A stretch of DNA of 63,050 nucleotides, the filler included, from Hyphochytrium catenoides (Eukaryota; Protista; Hyphochytriomycota): the NCBI GenBank assembly GCA_900088475.1. It is 7 parts of 7 records of this genome, joined end to end, with 100 filler letters (N's around TTAATTAATTAA, not from the genome) between each part and the next. Parts side by side here need not be neighbours in the genome. Positions count along the whole stretch, not along the records: positions 1 to 27,238 come from FLMG01003672.1; positions 27,339 to 40,260 come from FLMG01002309.1; 5 more parts are not named here. The stretch is one strand, 5' to 3'. A program made the position numbers and the translations under genes. This document shows positions 24,903-38,840 of the stretch, piece by piece. Each line of letters starts with the position of its first letter. Within the stretch, counting starts at the first letter, position 1. Under the pieces are notes generated by a model, which saw only the letters and a program-made list of their open reading frames with translations, was not told the origin of the DNA and did no database searches.

Positions 24903-27202
24903 ATGCAGGGCCGTATTATCGAGGACTCGGCAGGTGTCCGGATCACTTCACGCTTGATGGAAGATCCCACGTGGTCAACAACATTAACAGGTGAACTCAC
25001 GCTAGAAATATACCACTCCTCCCACTGTCTGCTGGTGTTGACCAGTCCTTGTGTCGATCATACCAATGTCTTACAGCTTCCCTTCCAGTCCGGCCAGGCC
25101 TTCGATCCGACGGCATGTGGATTGGGTCCAGCAGCACAACGCTCCGAAATTTTGAAGACACATTGGACCGCAGGGTGGCCTCTAATCCTAAGGTGAATTA
25201 GGGATGGCTTGGCCATCTTTTTTGCATAATATACTGTCCCTACTGTGCTTGTCTGCTGCCCTCTGCTTTTAGGTTCCAGTTTCTCCCCTGCCTATTTCTC
25301 CCGTCTCGATCCTACCTTTGTCCATCCACTGGCGGAACACTTTTGGACCGCTCCAGCCTTTAAGTGAAGTTCTTTCGTCATGACTCTGCGCTGAGAAGGA
25401 AACATTTCTGCAAAAAGCCATATCTTTTTATCTCTTGTCGCTCTGACCTTATCTATTTGTCCTTTACGTCCTTGAACGGTGCTCTTATATTGCTCATTCC
25501 CCGGGCGGTCTATTCCATAGAGTATTATCAAGAACTTATCAGCAGGAGAACCAGTGATCATCAGGGTAAATAAGAGCGGAGGAGCCGAGGGCAATGATCC
25601 AGAGACAGCCGTTCCATTTCAGCCTCATGCCGAGGTCGTTGGGCCCGAATTTTCCAGACCCCTACCCCATGCTTCTCAATCCTCTGCCACTTATCATTAT
25701 AGACGCAACGTTGTCGAGAAGGAGAGAGAAGGATTACCCGGTAGGTCCTCTAGAGATGCACAGCACAGCTCCTCAAGTGGCAATAGTCAGAAGGTAAGAC
25801 ATCGTCCTCGTTTGCCTCTTACACCCTTGCTGCAATGGTGGAGGGAGAAAGGAATGCAGTACCGCGTGAGTTGCAGAAGAGCATAAGTAAGAAGTTAAGA
25901 GATGTATAAGACGCAGCGGAGAGACCGAGAGAGAAAGGCTAAGTGAGCATGTTGGCTTTCAAGCCGTGTAAGACTAAGTACAGACGTCTTCAAGGATGCG
26001 CAAGAGGGCAAAGAAGCCGGATCCTCCATCAATATAAGACGTTACAGCTGACCTTTGTGCATCTAACAGGTCCCAGGATTGAAAAAGCGTCACTTCCGGG
26101 GCGAGGATGACAAGTGGTCGGACGTCTCTTCTATTGACCTCTCTCTCACTGCCGCGCTGCTGGGAGACGAAAACTCGGTTGAAGGACGACGAGAGAATAG
26201 GGAGATCAAAGATATGCTTTCCTTGCTGGAAAGGCACCAAAGACAGGAAGCAGAGCCGCGAACAGACAGGAAGAAAGGTGAAAGAAGCAGAGCCCCTTTG
26301 TCTGAGCTTCGAGCTGATAGGAATGCGGCCGCCTTAGAGTGGCTGAGAGCCAAAAAACAAGAGCAAAGACGGAGCGAGGAGGAGGCGAAAAGAAAGAAAG
26401 AATATCTCCAGAAGCTCGACGCTGACATAAGGCTGCAGAACAAGTCACATTTTACGCCCTCTTCTTCTTTTCAGGAGTTACGCTCCTCTCTATCTTTTCA
26501 GGGCAGAGGAAACAAAGAGACGATAAAGAGAATGGAGGAGTTAGGGCCCCATAGGCGGAAACCTCCAGTTCCTAGGCTTTCTAAACCGCCTACTGCGTCA
26601 CAGAGGGCTAAGCCTGAGCCTACGAAAGGAGCGAAAGAGATAGAAGAACCCACTTACCGTCATCGGCCTCTTCCAGTGGTGGAAAAAGAAAGACAGTCAG
26701 GAGAAGGACCCCGGCGGTCCCCCTCTACCTCACCACCACCATTCAGGAAAAATTTAGAAGCTTCGAAGCGTGAGGCCACCAAGGAGGTTCCGCAGGCGCC
26801 AAAGAGCGTTAAAGCAACGCGGGAAGAAGTGCGAGCATACATGAAGGTGCAGAAGCTGAGGAGACAGAAGGAGAGAGAACGTAGAAGACAGGAAGAAGAA
26901 TCAATGTTGCAGCGCAGAAGCCAACAACTGCAGGTCTTGCTCTCCATTCATTGATCTCCTCGCCTCTTTGGTCGTACGACCTTAGTCTACATCTTAGAGC
27001 CTTAGATGACTTATACTTACACCAATCTTCTCACGCTCCGGCCTTGCTCTTCGGGCTAATTTTCCCGTGATGCATAGGACTTGGACCACTTTCGCCGCGG
27101 CCAGTGGAGGGAGAGAGACGGAGCATCCTCACCAGGGTCCCATACTGGCCCTCAAGATCGTTATCGTGATAAGACGCGGGCCGACGTCGATGCAACGTTG
27201 AG
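24903..27202 (+). CDS. Large low-complexity/coiled-coil protein, 5' part (truncated by contig end)
   Basis: A series of exon-like segments with GT-AG borders, including the 291-aa open frame 26079-26954 with charged helices (EEVRAYMKVQKLRRQKERERRRQEEE). Exon structure and start are approximate. Confidence 0.6.
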
Positions 27203-27238
27203 GTATGTTTTATTATCTTTCGCCTTCTGCTTGTCCTG

Positions 27239-27338
27239 NNNNNNNNNNNNNNNNNNNNNNNNNNNNNNNNNNNNNNNNNNNNTTAATTAATTAANNNNNN
27301 NNNNNNNNNNNNNNNNNNNNNNNNNNNNNNNNNNNNNN
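27239..27338. other. Artificial contig linker (N-TTAATTAATTAA-N, 100 bp)
   Basis: Stop-codon spacer TTAATTAATTAA at 27283-27294 flanked by N-runs; six identical copies in the window. Confidence 0.97.
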
Positions 27339-27921
27339 CCCCCCTCTCTCTCTCTTCTCTCTCTCTCCTCTCACTCGCTCTCTCGCTCGGTGCTCTCAGT
27401 ACCTCATTCGGTCTCTTTCTTCCCCTCTCTCTTCTGCTCTCTCTATATCTCTCTCTCTCAGAGGCTCGCGATTCTCAACTTTTATCACTCCAGCTCTTCG
27501 CACTTTTTGTCTCTCTCTTTATACCATCCTCCCCTCCTCCCCCTCTTATGGTACGACCGACACTCTCTCCCTCTCTCCCAGTATCTCTTCCCTCTTGTTC
27601 AAAGCTAATGATCAGGAATCAAAGTCCTTGACGCTTTCTGTCTTCAGTTCACTCTAGGCCCCTATATTGCTTCTCTTCTCTCTCATGCTGAGCCTGTCCT
27701 TCCATCATCTTGGCTTTTGGGCTCTTCCAAAGCCCCTGTCAATGGTGGCTGTGAGGACAGCTCAGCCACCCGCTATCTGATGTGAGCCGGTCAAGAGGTC
27801 ACCGACTCTGTCGACCATAGAGGCTTAATGTTGCCCTTCCACCTCTGAATCAGGGACCGCTGGCATACTTCCCGATCAATAGTCCTTCTCGTTACTTTCC
27901 CAATGCGATGAGCTCTGCCAG

Positions 27922-30900
27922 ATGGCGTACACTATCCCGAACATAGCCTCGCGTCCTCGGAGCAACAATGCCCCGGAGGCGCCGCCACGCAATGGCATTC
28001 CTAGGCTGAGAGGAAGAGTCAAGCTCCCATCTATGGAACCCTCTCCATCGGACTGGGAAGACGATAAAGGGAAAGAGGAGGAAGAAAGCTTCCTCCTGAG
28101 TCGTAAAGATCTCAATGAAAGTGTCAGGAAAGCAAGAGAAAGAGCACTTGACAAACTAAAGAGGAAGAGGCAGCAAGTGCAAGAGAGAAACCAAAGGAAG
28201 CCATCGGGAAGCAGCGCTCTACTCTTCGGCTTTGATGAGAGGAAGGAGTACGATAACGAAGAGAGAAAGCGCTCTCTCACCCCAGCGCTGCATACCTCTA
28301 CGTCATCCTATGGGAGGAAGGAGCAAGATAAGGACCAGAGTGCAACTGACCCACTTCACCCTGCTGCTTCTCCAGAGAAACAGATAAACCCGCAGACTTC
28401 TTCCCTTTCTCATTCTTCTTCCTTTCAACCAGCGACTGCTGAAGAGTTCATAAGAACTGGGCGGCCTTCCTTGGCGGGTGTGACGCCCATCCAAGAAGGG
28501 ACTAGCTCCCTCCCAGAATTGGCTGAGAACACGGAGGAAGGAGATGAGGAGAGCCAAGAGGAAGACACACGAGTGTCAGGAAACGAGAAAGTGGAGCGGC
28601 CCCAGGTGCCAAGCCCACAGCATGGCCGGGATGGGTCAAGAATCATTGAAGCGGTTGTCCCTTTCGCTGCTGCTAACAAATCGCCTTTGCCACTTAACAA
28701 GCTCTCGAAGGTGCCTAACCTGTACAGCTTGAACGATCATCCGTCCAATCTCTCCTCATCTCTACCTCCTTTTCCTCTATGACTAGGATGGCTGTTCCTC
28801 TCGGCGTTAAGTCCATTCCTTCTCCTGTCTCTCTTAGCCCAGTGTTTTCTCCAAGAGGAGGAAGCTTCCCTTATTCCCTCATCTTTCTTCTTGGTCTGCT
28901 TTTGGGAGTTATGTGGGTCTCTGTCCCCAACCCAATAGCGTTCTCATTGACTTCAATTGTCGAAACAGTGCCCAGGGGATCCGCCGACCAGCGAGCAGAG
29001 AAAGACAGTTGTAGAAGAGAGAAGAGACGAGAGTTCTGGCCCTGTCGGGCACTCTCAAGCTTTGCCCTTAGAGCTTCCAACTGGCAGAAGCAGGTACATT
29101 TGCGTGGAAAATAGCTTGGACAGCCAAATACGCTTGGTGTTTCTCTTTGCTGTGACCGTCCTTCCCCTGGATGAAGTGCGAGTCGTTCTTTCCAAAGCCT
29201 TTCATCTGACCTTTCACTTCTGAAGCCGTAAGTTTTGACTCTCTCTCTCTCTCTCTTTGGCTCGTTTGCTTAGTCACTGATGCTTTCTTCACTCTCCCCG
29301 CTTGCTGTCGTCCGTATCTTCCTAACACCTGCTGCCCGTGGGTTCATTTTGTCCCTTATTGCTCCTACCTCTCTTCCAACGGAATATATACGTTCAGCAT
29401 ACCCTCTATTTCATCCGAGTCCTCTCCATCGACTGGGCAAAAGACAGATGTATATTCCTTTATTGGCAATCCTTTGAGAGAGAGTCTCCAAGAGATTGAG
29501 AGCCGTGACCGCACCCAAGGGAAGCAAGAGCAAGAAGAAGCCATGAAGGAGAAAGAGAGAGAAGCGAGAGACGCTCAGGTTATGAGGCTAATCAAACAAT
29601 CTAGTCTCTCCGGGACCGGGAAGTCTCCACCTATCATGGAGGCAGAGTCCAAGGTACGTTAGTTCAGTCCAAACTGTCGTTCCATCTTTTCCCTGTGACT
29701 ACCACAACCCGCTTACGCATAGTGCCAAGGTGTCTTTCGTTCAACGGCGCTCTCTCAATCCCTTGTGGACTTTTTGCATGCGTCTCTCTCTCTTTTCATT
29801 CTTTTCTCCGGTGCCCAGAGCGTCTCTCTCTCTATGATACATATTCTGCTACTGTACTCTCCCTCTATCTTCGTATCTCTCTCTAGTCCTTCCCGCCTCT
29901 ACTCATCATTATACCTCGCATTGCATCCATTGAGCGTTCCTACTTCTGCGTTAGTCGCTTGTCATGCCTGCGCACTAACTATCTCCCCGTGCCTGCTTGT
30001 AGGTACTCAAGGACATTATCCTGAGAGAGGACAGTCTATCTACGCTGCGAATCCTCCTCTCTTCCATCCTTTCCCCTTATCTAGAGTACCCTCTTTCTGT
30101 CAGCAGACACTGGCACAAGAAAGGGTATCTGACTCAGGAAACAAGCAGTGAGACCAAGAGGCTTGAGAACACCGTGAGGAAGAGACAGGAAGAGATTAGG
30201 ACGGCATTAGAGATTGTCCGTGAAGGTAAGAGAAAGAGCGACTGTAGAGTAAGAAAAAGAGAGACACAGAGACATTGGATAGGAAAGACTGAAGATTCTC
30301 TACGTCTCTTTTTCCTCATAAGAGTACTTACTAAGGTTGAATTCTGTCATGTCTTCTCTCTCCTTTGCCCCATTCCCTGCCACCGTTGTATGCCAGTTGG
30401 ACTAAACGTGGTGCGAGGGATGAAGAGATGGCGGGAGCTGGTGGAGAAAGAAGGAAAGCAGCTTATTCCCTCTCCTTTCCTCTGGGAGCAAGAGAGTTAT
30501 ATGGAAAAGATGATGGGAGACCTCTCTTTTCTTCAAGAAAATGCCTTATTCCAGGACTGGCACGGAACGAAGGAGCTCTTTTCTCCTCTCTTCTCATCAG
30601 CCGTCCCTCTACTGGATAGCACTCTTCCTCTCTCCAGTCCCAATCTGGGACCTTTCCTAGTTCCCTCTCCGTCTCTCTCTCTCCAGTTGGAAAGGATGAC
30701 GGATGAGCTGGAACGGAAGAGAGAGATATTGCGTATGAAGCTTAAAGCTAAAGCAATGAAGATTAGGCAGCGAAAGATCTCTGCCACCTACCGGGATCTG
30801 GAGCTTCTCAGCTCAAGAGTCTCGGAGCATGGGAAGGAATCAGCACGCGGAGTAGCGGCAGGAATAGGTAAATTGAACTCTCTTCCTACTTGGTGGGAGG

Positions 30901-33900
30901 CTCTCTTCCAAGCGCAAAAGGCTAGTCATGTGTACTCTTGGTGCCCCGTCTCCTTTTTTTGCCTTCTTTTCTCTTCCTTAAGCTGGTCCTAGCTTTCCCT
31001 TCGTTTCACTCTTTCCCGTGCCCTCTCTGTTTCTCTGACTCGCCTGATAACCGCTCATTACCTTTCTTCTTCCTGCTTCTTTAACTTCCTGTTGTTGACG
31101 CTGTTTTCCCTGGCAACATTCAGATGCCATCCTCTGTTGCCTCCTTCACACTGTTAGAACTGTGACGCGATCGACTGTCAGCCTCAGATCTCTCTCTCTC
31201 TTTGCCTTTCCAGGTGGCCATCCTGACTACCTAGAGCCACCCGTGGGATATGAAGCAGAGTTCGACCTTCCGTTCCTCCTACCAAGCCAACCACTCATTC
31301 CTCCACTTCCCCAATCTCAACTTCAAGAAGTAGAAGACTTGAAGAGGTTCATTGAGAGAGAAAGAGGTATCGAGGAAGAGCGAAAGAAGAGAGCCGAGGA
31401 AGCCGTAGCGAGCAGGGGTCGTATGGAGGCGTTCCTTGAGGAGGCGGATCAGAGGGTGAGCTAATGGAAGGGTCTCTAGATCTGCTTACATCGGATGCGC
31501 TTGCATATATCCTTTTAAACTTGTCCCTGGCTCTCCTGTCTCATCAGCTTTCTCTCTTCACGAGCTACACGTCGTTCTGTCCCGCCGTCGAGCCCATCCT
31601 TTCACCCTGTGTATCTCCTCTTCCCTGGTTCAATGCTCAATTTATGTCCCTCGGGCTGGGGCCGTCGATTCTCGTGCTCTCCGCCAACTCCGGTTTGAAA
31701 TTCTTGTCATTTGCTGCACGAGCGCTTATCCTTGTTGTCAAACATCATCTATCCTGGCGTCATTACCCCGTCAGGTACGAAGTACTGTGACAGAGGTCGA
31801 GGCAGAGCCCACCAGCTTAGTTGAGAGTCTTCGAGAACAGCAACAAAGTCCAAAAAGAAGAGCACGGGATAAAGGACAGAGCAGCGAACAAGATGGAGGA
31901 GAAGGCACAGCCCAAGGTAGCTGATGGTGGCATAGGTGGACAGCAAGAAGAGGAAGCTCCGAATCAATGCTCTGAGCTGTCTCCGTAGATCTTCTCTCTC
32001 TCTTGCCCTCTTTGCTCTCTAATTGCTACCAGCCCCGTCTTCTCTTCTTCCGGCTATTACTGCTAACATTGTCCACCTTTTAGAACCAGGAAAGCTTTCA
32101 ACCGCTTCTGCACTATCCTCAGCTGGCCGAGCACCTCTGAGAGTCAACCTGGAGGTCCTGAAGCAGAGGCTAGCCAAGGAAGAGCAGAATAAGAGCAGAG
32201 AAAGAGAAGAAAAGATGCCCACCTTTACGGGCATCAGGGGCTCTCTGGTAAGGAATCGCGGGTCAGGTTCGACCTCCATACGCCGCAATCGCTGCTATGG
32301 AACTACACCTTCTTGCATAAGCTGTTGCAGCCCTGCCTTCCTTCTATAACCAATCGGACCATACAGACATAAGCCCTAAAGCACTCTTCGGCTAGTATGA
32401 TCCCCTCTCCTTTGATCGCTGCGAAGTCCTTTTCTGCATAATCTTGCCCTTCAAAGCTCTACTGCTTCTCGCTCCCTTCTATCCTCTCTCAGATGAATGC
32501 TGATGCTATCCTTTCGCTGGATAGATGCGCCGGAGACAGCCTCAAGCAGCTCCTCCTCCCCAGCAACCAAACACCGAGGTTACTGCGGCTTTAGAGCTCA
32601 GTAAAAGACTCAAAGCGGTCATCCGCATCCAGCGCTTCTATCGCAAACTGGTCGTCCTCCGGGCTCGGAGAGAGGAGACAAAGAAACAGCACGTCGCTGC
32701 TCTCTCCATTCAGAGGTTCTCCCGTCTGATGCTACAGATGAATAGAGTACGAGCCTTGACGGAGAAAAGAAGCGCTGCCGCGTTAACAATCCAGAGGCTT
32801 CATAGAGGCCATCAAGCGCGGGCCACGTTCAAGCTGAAGTATCCCACGAGAGATCATGTCAGAGCAGAGGTAAGAGGCATGCTTTCTATATTAGTTGAGA
32901 GGCTGGTTAAAGGTGTGAAGAGTAGGAATACCTAGTATGCTCTTGAACTGGAGATCCTTTACATAGTTAGACCTCCACTCTTTTCTCTCCAGCTCTTGCG
33001 CCAGGAACGCGTACGCCAGCTCAAGCACATTGGTGAGCTTCGACGTATTGGAAAGGAAGAGGAAGCGCAGCGGTTGATGGAGCAGAGAAGGAGGGAAGAG
33101 CAAGAAAGGCAGAGAGAGATGGTGGTGGTCAAGGTGCAGGCCCTGTACAGAGGCTACCAAGCAAAGCGTGTCTATCCTGCTCTTCTCGCCGATTATCGCA
33201 AGGAGATGGCGGTGTACACCAAGCAAGTGCTCCAGCTGCAGGTAAGCTTTCAGAAAGACGTTCCTTCGTCCAACAATTTACTTCTGCTCTTTGTTTGCCC
33301 TCAGCCCTTTTCTCTCTCATTATCGTTCCTCTTTGTTTGTCCTAAGATGGCTAATGCTTATCTCTTCTCGTTCACTCTTGTGCCCATCTAGGCCAACATC
33401 CGTATGTTTATGGCTGTCCAAAAGCTGCAGAGGCTCCAGAAGCAGAAAGCAATAGATAAACTCAGGAAGCAGAAGAGGGCAGCAATCAAGATTCAAAGCT
33501 GCTACAGAGGACACAGAGGGAGACATGAGGCCAAGATCCGGAGGAGAGTGAAGCTACTTCGAGAGGAGATAGCCCAGCAGGAGCAAAGAGGAGAACAACA
33601 GTCATCAACAGCAGCCGCTCTATCTCTTGAGAGCGGAGGACGAAAGCGGAGGTCATCCTTGCATGGCTCTGAACTTGCAAGAGCGCGGCCAATTCAATTG
33701 GTCGAGAGAAGAAGAGGCTCTCTCACATTACGTTCCTCTCTTCCTCCTCCAGCAAAGCCTATTCTAGAAAACGATGACGAAAGTAGAAGAGAGACGAGCA
33801 CGGTTTTGACTGACTGGGAGCACTTAAAGGTCAAGCATATGACCTTGCAAGGAGAACTAAAGGGACAAGGCGGCAAGACCCTACCTACAACCCTTGGCAC

Positions 33901-33961
33901 AGACAAGAGAAACTTGGCACCTGTGACGGCGAGGTCTTTCAGGGCCACACCACGACGGTAG
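27922..33961 (+). CDS. Large multi-exon coiled-coil protein with C-terminal IQ calmodulin-binding motifs
   Basis: IQ motifs IRIQRFYRK, LSIQRFSR, LTIQRLHRGHQAR, VKVQALYRGYQAKR and IKIQSCYRGHRGR lie in exons 32525-33961. An upstream exon has VVRGMKRWR...PFLWEQESYMEKMMGDLSFL. Linking all exons into one gene is inferred. Confidence 0.65.
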
Positions 33962-34181
33962 TAGCATCTTGGCCATCTTCAAGTATCTTTACGATGCCGC
34001 TGAGGCTTCGCGATGGCCAAACTTCAGCAGGCTTGTTTGCTATTTATTGCTCGTTAGCCAGAAGGTATCGTATGAGCTCAAGAGTATAAGGGGACAGTAA
34101 GATCTTCTCTAAGAGGGTACGAGAAGGAAGCACAAGCCACCAGAAATGGTCACGACGGAGGGAGGGAACTCTGGATGATAG

Positions 34182-37100
34182 CTAGAAGGCGCTGTTTGCC
34201 ATTGCGAGGAGCTTTCCCTCCTGCTTAAGCTGGGCCTGTCTGGAAGCCCACACTTTGGCTCTTCTAGACCATTTCTTCTCGGCTCTCTGAGACTTCTCCA
34301 TGTCCTGGTGTCGCTGAAGAAACAAACAGAGCATCAGTTAGACATCGGACTTCACATGAGAAGAGGAATTGGTTGTGCAGCGGCGCGAGGATAGAGTCAC
34401 GGACGCATCACCTATCGCTGGCAACAAGGATAGCAGCACCCACCTGACACAGCTGATATATAGCAAAGAGCGTTTCCATGCTTAGACCCATCAGCTTCAT
34501 CTTCTGCGCTAGCTGTAGCGCATTTTTGAGCGATGTCTGGAGAATAAAAGACATCAGTTAACTTCTATGGAGTATTTTCAAAGCACACGTAAGCAATATA
34601 AAGCCCACGGTGAGTGAGAGGTGGGAAAAGACCGACACAAGGAGACAAAGATGGTATAAGCTCTGTCTGTCACTAGACCAATCAAGAGAGATGACAAATG
34701 TATGGGGAGAAAATGAAATGAAATAGGTTTCCTGGTGCGCGGTGAGGAGCTATGTTCATCATGACCTGGCCATCCATCTCTAATCCTCGTCCGAGGAATA
34801 TCTTTCCCATCAAAAGCATTAGTTCACACGACAAGACGTCATTGTGCAGAACTGTCGAGGCGGCTTCTAAAGCCTCCCTGAGGTGCGGTAAAGGATCGAA
34901 GGCCATGATACTTTGTGGGATCGGGCGGCCATCTGTACTCGCCAGCTGGGCCGCAACCCAGCGCGTGTAAGCAACGTAAAAAATTGCGCTGAGGCTCTTG
35001 TTTCTTAGACTGTCAACATTCCTTTTTAGCACTTCCGGTTGAATTAGCTGAGACACCACGTCTAGGCACTTTCTGGACGGTCTGGCCTCCTGGAACTGCG
35101 GCATAGACAGAAGAGCATGTTAGAGAACTGACAACAGCAGGGGCCGAGGCCGCCTGTAGATCATGGCGAAGATTCTCAAGTTGTATCCTGGCTACTTCAC
35201 GATTGGGCACACCGAGGTGACCAAGGATGAACAAGGCGCAAGATTGATATGCCATTTCTTTGCCTAGTCATTACCTGGATCGACTCCGCTGAAGTGGTAT
35301 CTTTAGCAGGAAGTGGAGTGACAAGAGTGTAGAACACTTGACTTGCTGTCCAAGTAGCAAAAGAAGCATCTTGAAGGCTTCGAGATATCTCCATAGCCCG
35401 TACGAGTTTCAGGATGGCTTCGTCCACGTATTGCCAAGAATGTAGCAACTGGCCAATGACAATATCTGTGAACACGCGGCTACCAGGGTTCCAACGCCAA
35501 GGGAGAAGTAACTAACCTCTGACAACCGGAGGAGAAAGCGGCACGTCACAATCTTCCGGTTGAGTAGTGGCACAGACGAACCAATCAAGCTTCTCTGCTC
35601 CTGTAAAGCAGCAATGCCCTGGAGTTCTCCTTGAGAGATACACAGCGCAGCCTGGTGGAGTGAACAAGCGGGTAGGAGAGTATGACATGAAGCATATCAG
35701 AGAGTACAAGGGCGACACCCAAGAGATCGATACCGTGACAAGCCGACACTTGGGAAGGCTTCGCAAGGCTCACCTGACAGTCTAACAGGGCCAATTTAAC
35801 GTTGGCGGCAAAAGAAGCTTGTACTATTGATGGGCGTGACGCAGCCATACGTGGGTTAAGCTCCATCAAGCCTTGACTTACGCAAGTTGTCGCGGTATCA
35901 GGGTCCCACGAGACAGTCAGTGCGGCACTACAAAGAGGCGGTGGTGGAACACAATGAGCTTCAAAGTTGCAAACTACATCTGCCTCATAGCGTTACAGCT
36001 CACCTCAGCATGATCGTGAAGGAGGCAAGTAGGTCAAAATCTATCCATTCCCACCAAAGCTCTAAGCGGCGATAAGTAAAAATGTTAGACAGCCACTACC
36101 CTATGAGGACGACGGTGAGGAATAATTTACCTTCTTCTGCTGTGTAGGACAGGACACGCGCTGCTTCCGCCTGCAACTGAGCTAGGAAAGGTTGTGCCTT
36201 CGAATAGTTGGACTCCCTACGAAGAGCAGCTAACATCAGTCATAGAATTCTTGAAACCAGCAACTTCCCCACTACACTATCTCTTGGCCCACTCCTTATG
36301 GCTGCATCCATTGCTCGTCGGCTAGGGCAGGCCAAACCCTCCATTACCTGTCAGTTCAATCTCTCCGTTCCCCTCACGAGCCCGACTGTTACTCTACTTA
36401 CTGGCAGACTTTATTTATCCGTAGTACTGAGTCAATGCAGGAGAGAATGGCTGCCTCTTTGCTCTCATGAGAAATAAGCCTCCGCGCTAGGGTTAGGGCC
36501 TCAAAGAGCGCTGCCAGCTCATCTTCCGCCCAAGGCGGATGGCGAAGCACATATTGTATCTCGACCGCGGTTAGAAGGGCCTATAAGGACGGAGACAATA
36601 GTGAGTCCCAATTGTCTTACGGATAGAGGTCATACGGCCGAAGATTTACCTGAAGGCTGGGGTTGCTAATCCCCTGTCCCACCGCTTTCGCTCTCGCAAT
36701 AAATACCCTAAATTGGCTCACTTCTGAGCAGTTGATAGCGTATTCTGAGGCCGCAGAAAGCAAAGTGCTTGAGAGGAAAGCCTTCCAGTTTATGTCGCTG
36801 CTTGTCAAATCAAAACGTGGGTGAGAGAGCTCTCACTGTAAGCCTCAATAGTTTTAGACTGAGTACTCCGAAAACTTAATGTCCAAAGCACACAATGACA
36901 GGGCTCAATTGGTCTTTACCTGCCCAGTTGACTCCCTAAAGAGAGAGCCTCAAAGAACTTCGCCTGATGAGACAGATCCGAAAGCTTTGTAAGCGAAAAC
37001 AGGCAGCGACACCTCAACAGCCTGATGAGCCAGGCCATCTGCTCTTGATCCGCCAGCTGAATCTTTGCCATCAGTTACTAACAGGGAATAGCTGCATGGA

Positions 37101-37548
37101 CTTATCAACGTACGCGGATCTGATTGATTAGACTTTCAGCTCCCTCTATAGCGGCTGCAAGCTGCTTTGCTGTCTCAGGAATAATCACGTTTTCATTTGC
37201 CGCTAAAAGCGCTTCAGCAGTCCGAATGTTGACCTTTAGCTCAAGAGTTGGCTTCAACCTCTTTTGCTGTTGCTGAATTGCCTACGCCAACAGAGGGCAT
37301 GAGTTCTCTATCATTATGACAGCACACTGAACTGAACTTACCCTTAGGCACTTGACGGACTCTAAGTAGTGCCCTTCGCTAAACAGCTCGAATGATATGT
37401 CCCTACGTGTTGCAAACGCCATGTGATCACGTGGTAAAGTAGCGAGCGCTCTGTTAACGTCGTGTTACCATAAGGCCAGAAGTGTAGCATCATCCTCAGA
37501 AGGAGAAAGGGCGGCAGCAGATCCAGTCATTGTTGGCCCGTCGCTCAT
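34182..37548 (-). CDS. MAU2: Cohesin loader subunit MAU2/SCC4 (TPR-like)
   Basis: The spliced N-terminus LLALWDISFELFSEGHYLESVKCLRAIQ...LKPTLELKVNIRTAEALL matches the SCC4 pattern (GLW.LA......IKCLEAI.....P.VEVK.RLRLA.LLL). The C-terminus LREALEAASTVLHNDVLSCELMLLMGKIFL...SLKNALQLAQKM matches the SCC4 C-terminal TPRs. Internal exons are not all resolved. Confidence 0.75.
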
Positions 37549-38840
37549 TCCTTCAGAGGCGCGGCTACAAGCCCCTTGATTATAGGATCATAGGGCCCTA
37601 AGCGAGTTGCTGATGAGACTACGGTCTCTAAAGCGCCGGGCACGCCCAAGTTCCAGTCAACCACGTAGGTCTGACATCATGTCCGATTAGAGAGACCTCA
37701 CCGCTGTGGGGTTAAATGATCCATCAAGGTCAAGCAAGTATGCGAATGCAAAGGCGTCAGCCTCAGCGCCGCCCCTGCTGATAACAAAAAGAGCTTCCTT
37801 CTGCAGCGTCTCCTCCTCGTCCTTTGTTTTTCTATTTTTTCTGTCTGTTTAGAATTTGGCGCCATAATAACAGTCCCGGCGGGAATTCCAAGGGGGTGAC
37901 TGACAGGCTGCCAGGTCAGAATGCTCATGCTACCGAAACTCCAAGGGGAGGACTGATGGGTGTACTATGTACTGATGAGAAGGTCAGATGAACTTTCTGG
38001 ACAGAGCCGCCAGAGTTTCAGATTGAGCTTAGCAGAGCTTTGAAGAGTGACGCCTTGTCGCCGCAGATGTCGGTGACCGACGATGAGGAGGTTTCAAACC
38101 AAAGAAGCCCTACCGTCAGAAGAACCAGAGAAGGAAATGACGCAACGACGGGCCATATAACTATTACTATGAGATATGATTGGGGCGACAGCTGATTAGA
38201 GAGTACAGGCGGCCTTAAAGTTTGCTATCGCTTTCACTGTTTGTTGTCATGGTCTTCTGGATATTTTTCTTGAAGCTGCCATTATTCCAAAGAAAGGTAT
38301 GGGCTTCATGAAGACTTGGAGGTGTGTTTGCCTGTACAAAGCCGCGGTGGTCCTTTCTTCCGGTGTCCAGCCGCCACATACTCCTCCAAAATACTGCACC
38401 ACGCAGGCTCGGTATAGGCATATTCCAGTGCTCATTGTTAGAGCTTATATTCTTATATTCTTAATTACTCTTTTTATGAGCACTACTGGAGAATCTGCAG
38501 AGTATCATGGCTCTAACGTCATGGAATTGGCCAACGACAGCTAGGAGATCAGCACCATATTGGACTCTTGTCGCCGTTAGCCTCAATCACCATGGCTTTT
38601 CTCCCATCACAAATCTTCGATGTCACACTCTTCGGAACGCTAAAGGTAACTGGAAGGCTCTCTCCTTATTATGCTTAAGTGGGTGTTTTGGGAGAGAGGG
38701 AAGAGACGGTAAAGTAGGGGTTACCTCAAGGGATAGTCAGCGATAAAATCCGAACCTACAAGGTATCGGAGAACCAGACGAGAACTGAACTTTCAAACTA
38801 GTGGTACATAATAAATATGTCTCAGACCAAGCGATGCATG

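Noticed and set aside
27283-27294. Recurrent palindromic TTAATTAATTAA as a biological repeat, CRISPR-like repeat or piggyBac site
   Set aside because: Always centred in exactly 100 bp of N padding; it is an artificial stop-codon linker.
32250-32290. GGTTCGA T-loop-like motif suggesting a tRNA
   Set aside because: No cloverleaf stems or D-arm; it lies at an exon/intron boundary.
24903-33961. One giant gene spanning the first linker
   Set aside because: Same strand and similar composition, but the linker gives no evidence of adjacency, and the second part has its own plausible ATG (27922).
37680-38750. Possible gene between MAU2 and EIF1AD
   Set aside because: Splice-like sites and a hydrophobic stretch are present, but I could not build a consistent stop-free exon chain or recognise a motif.
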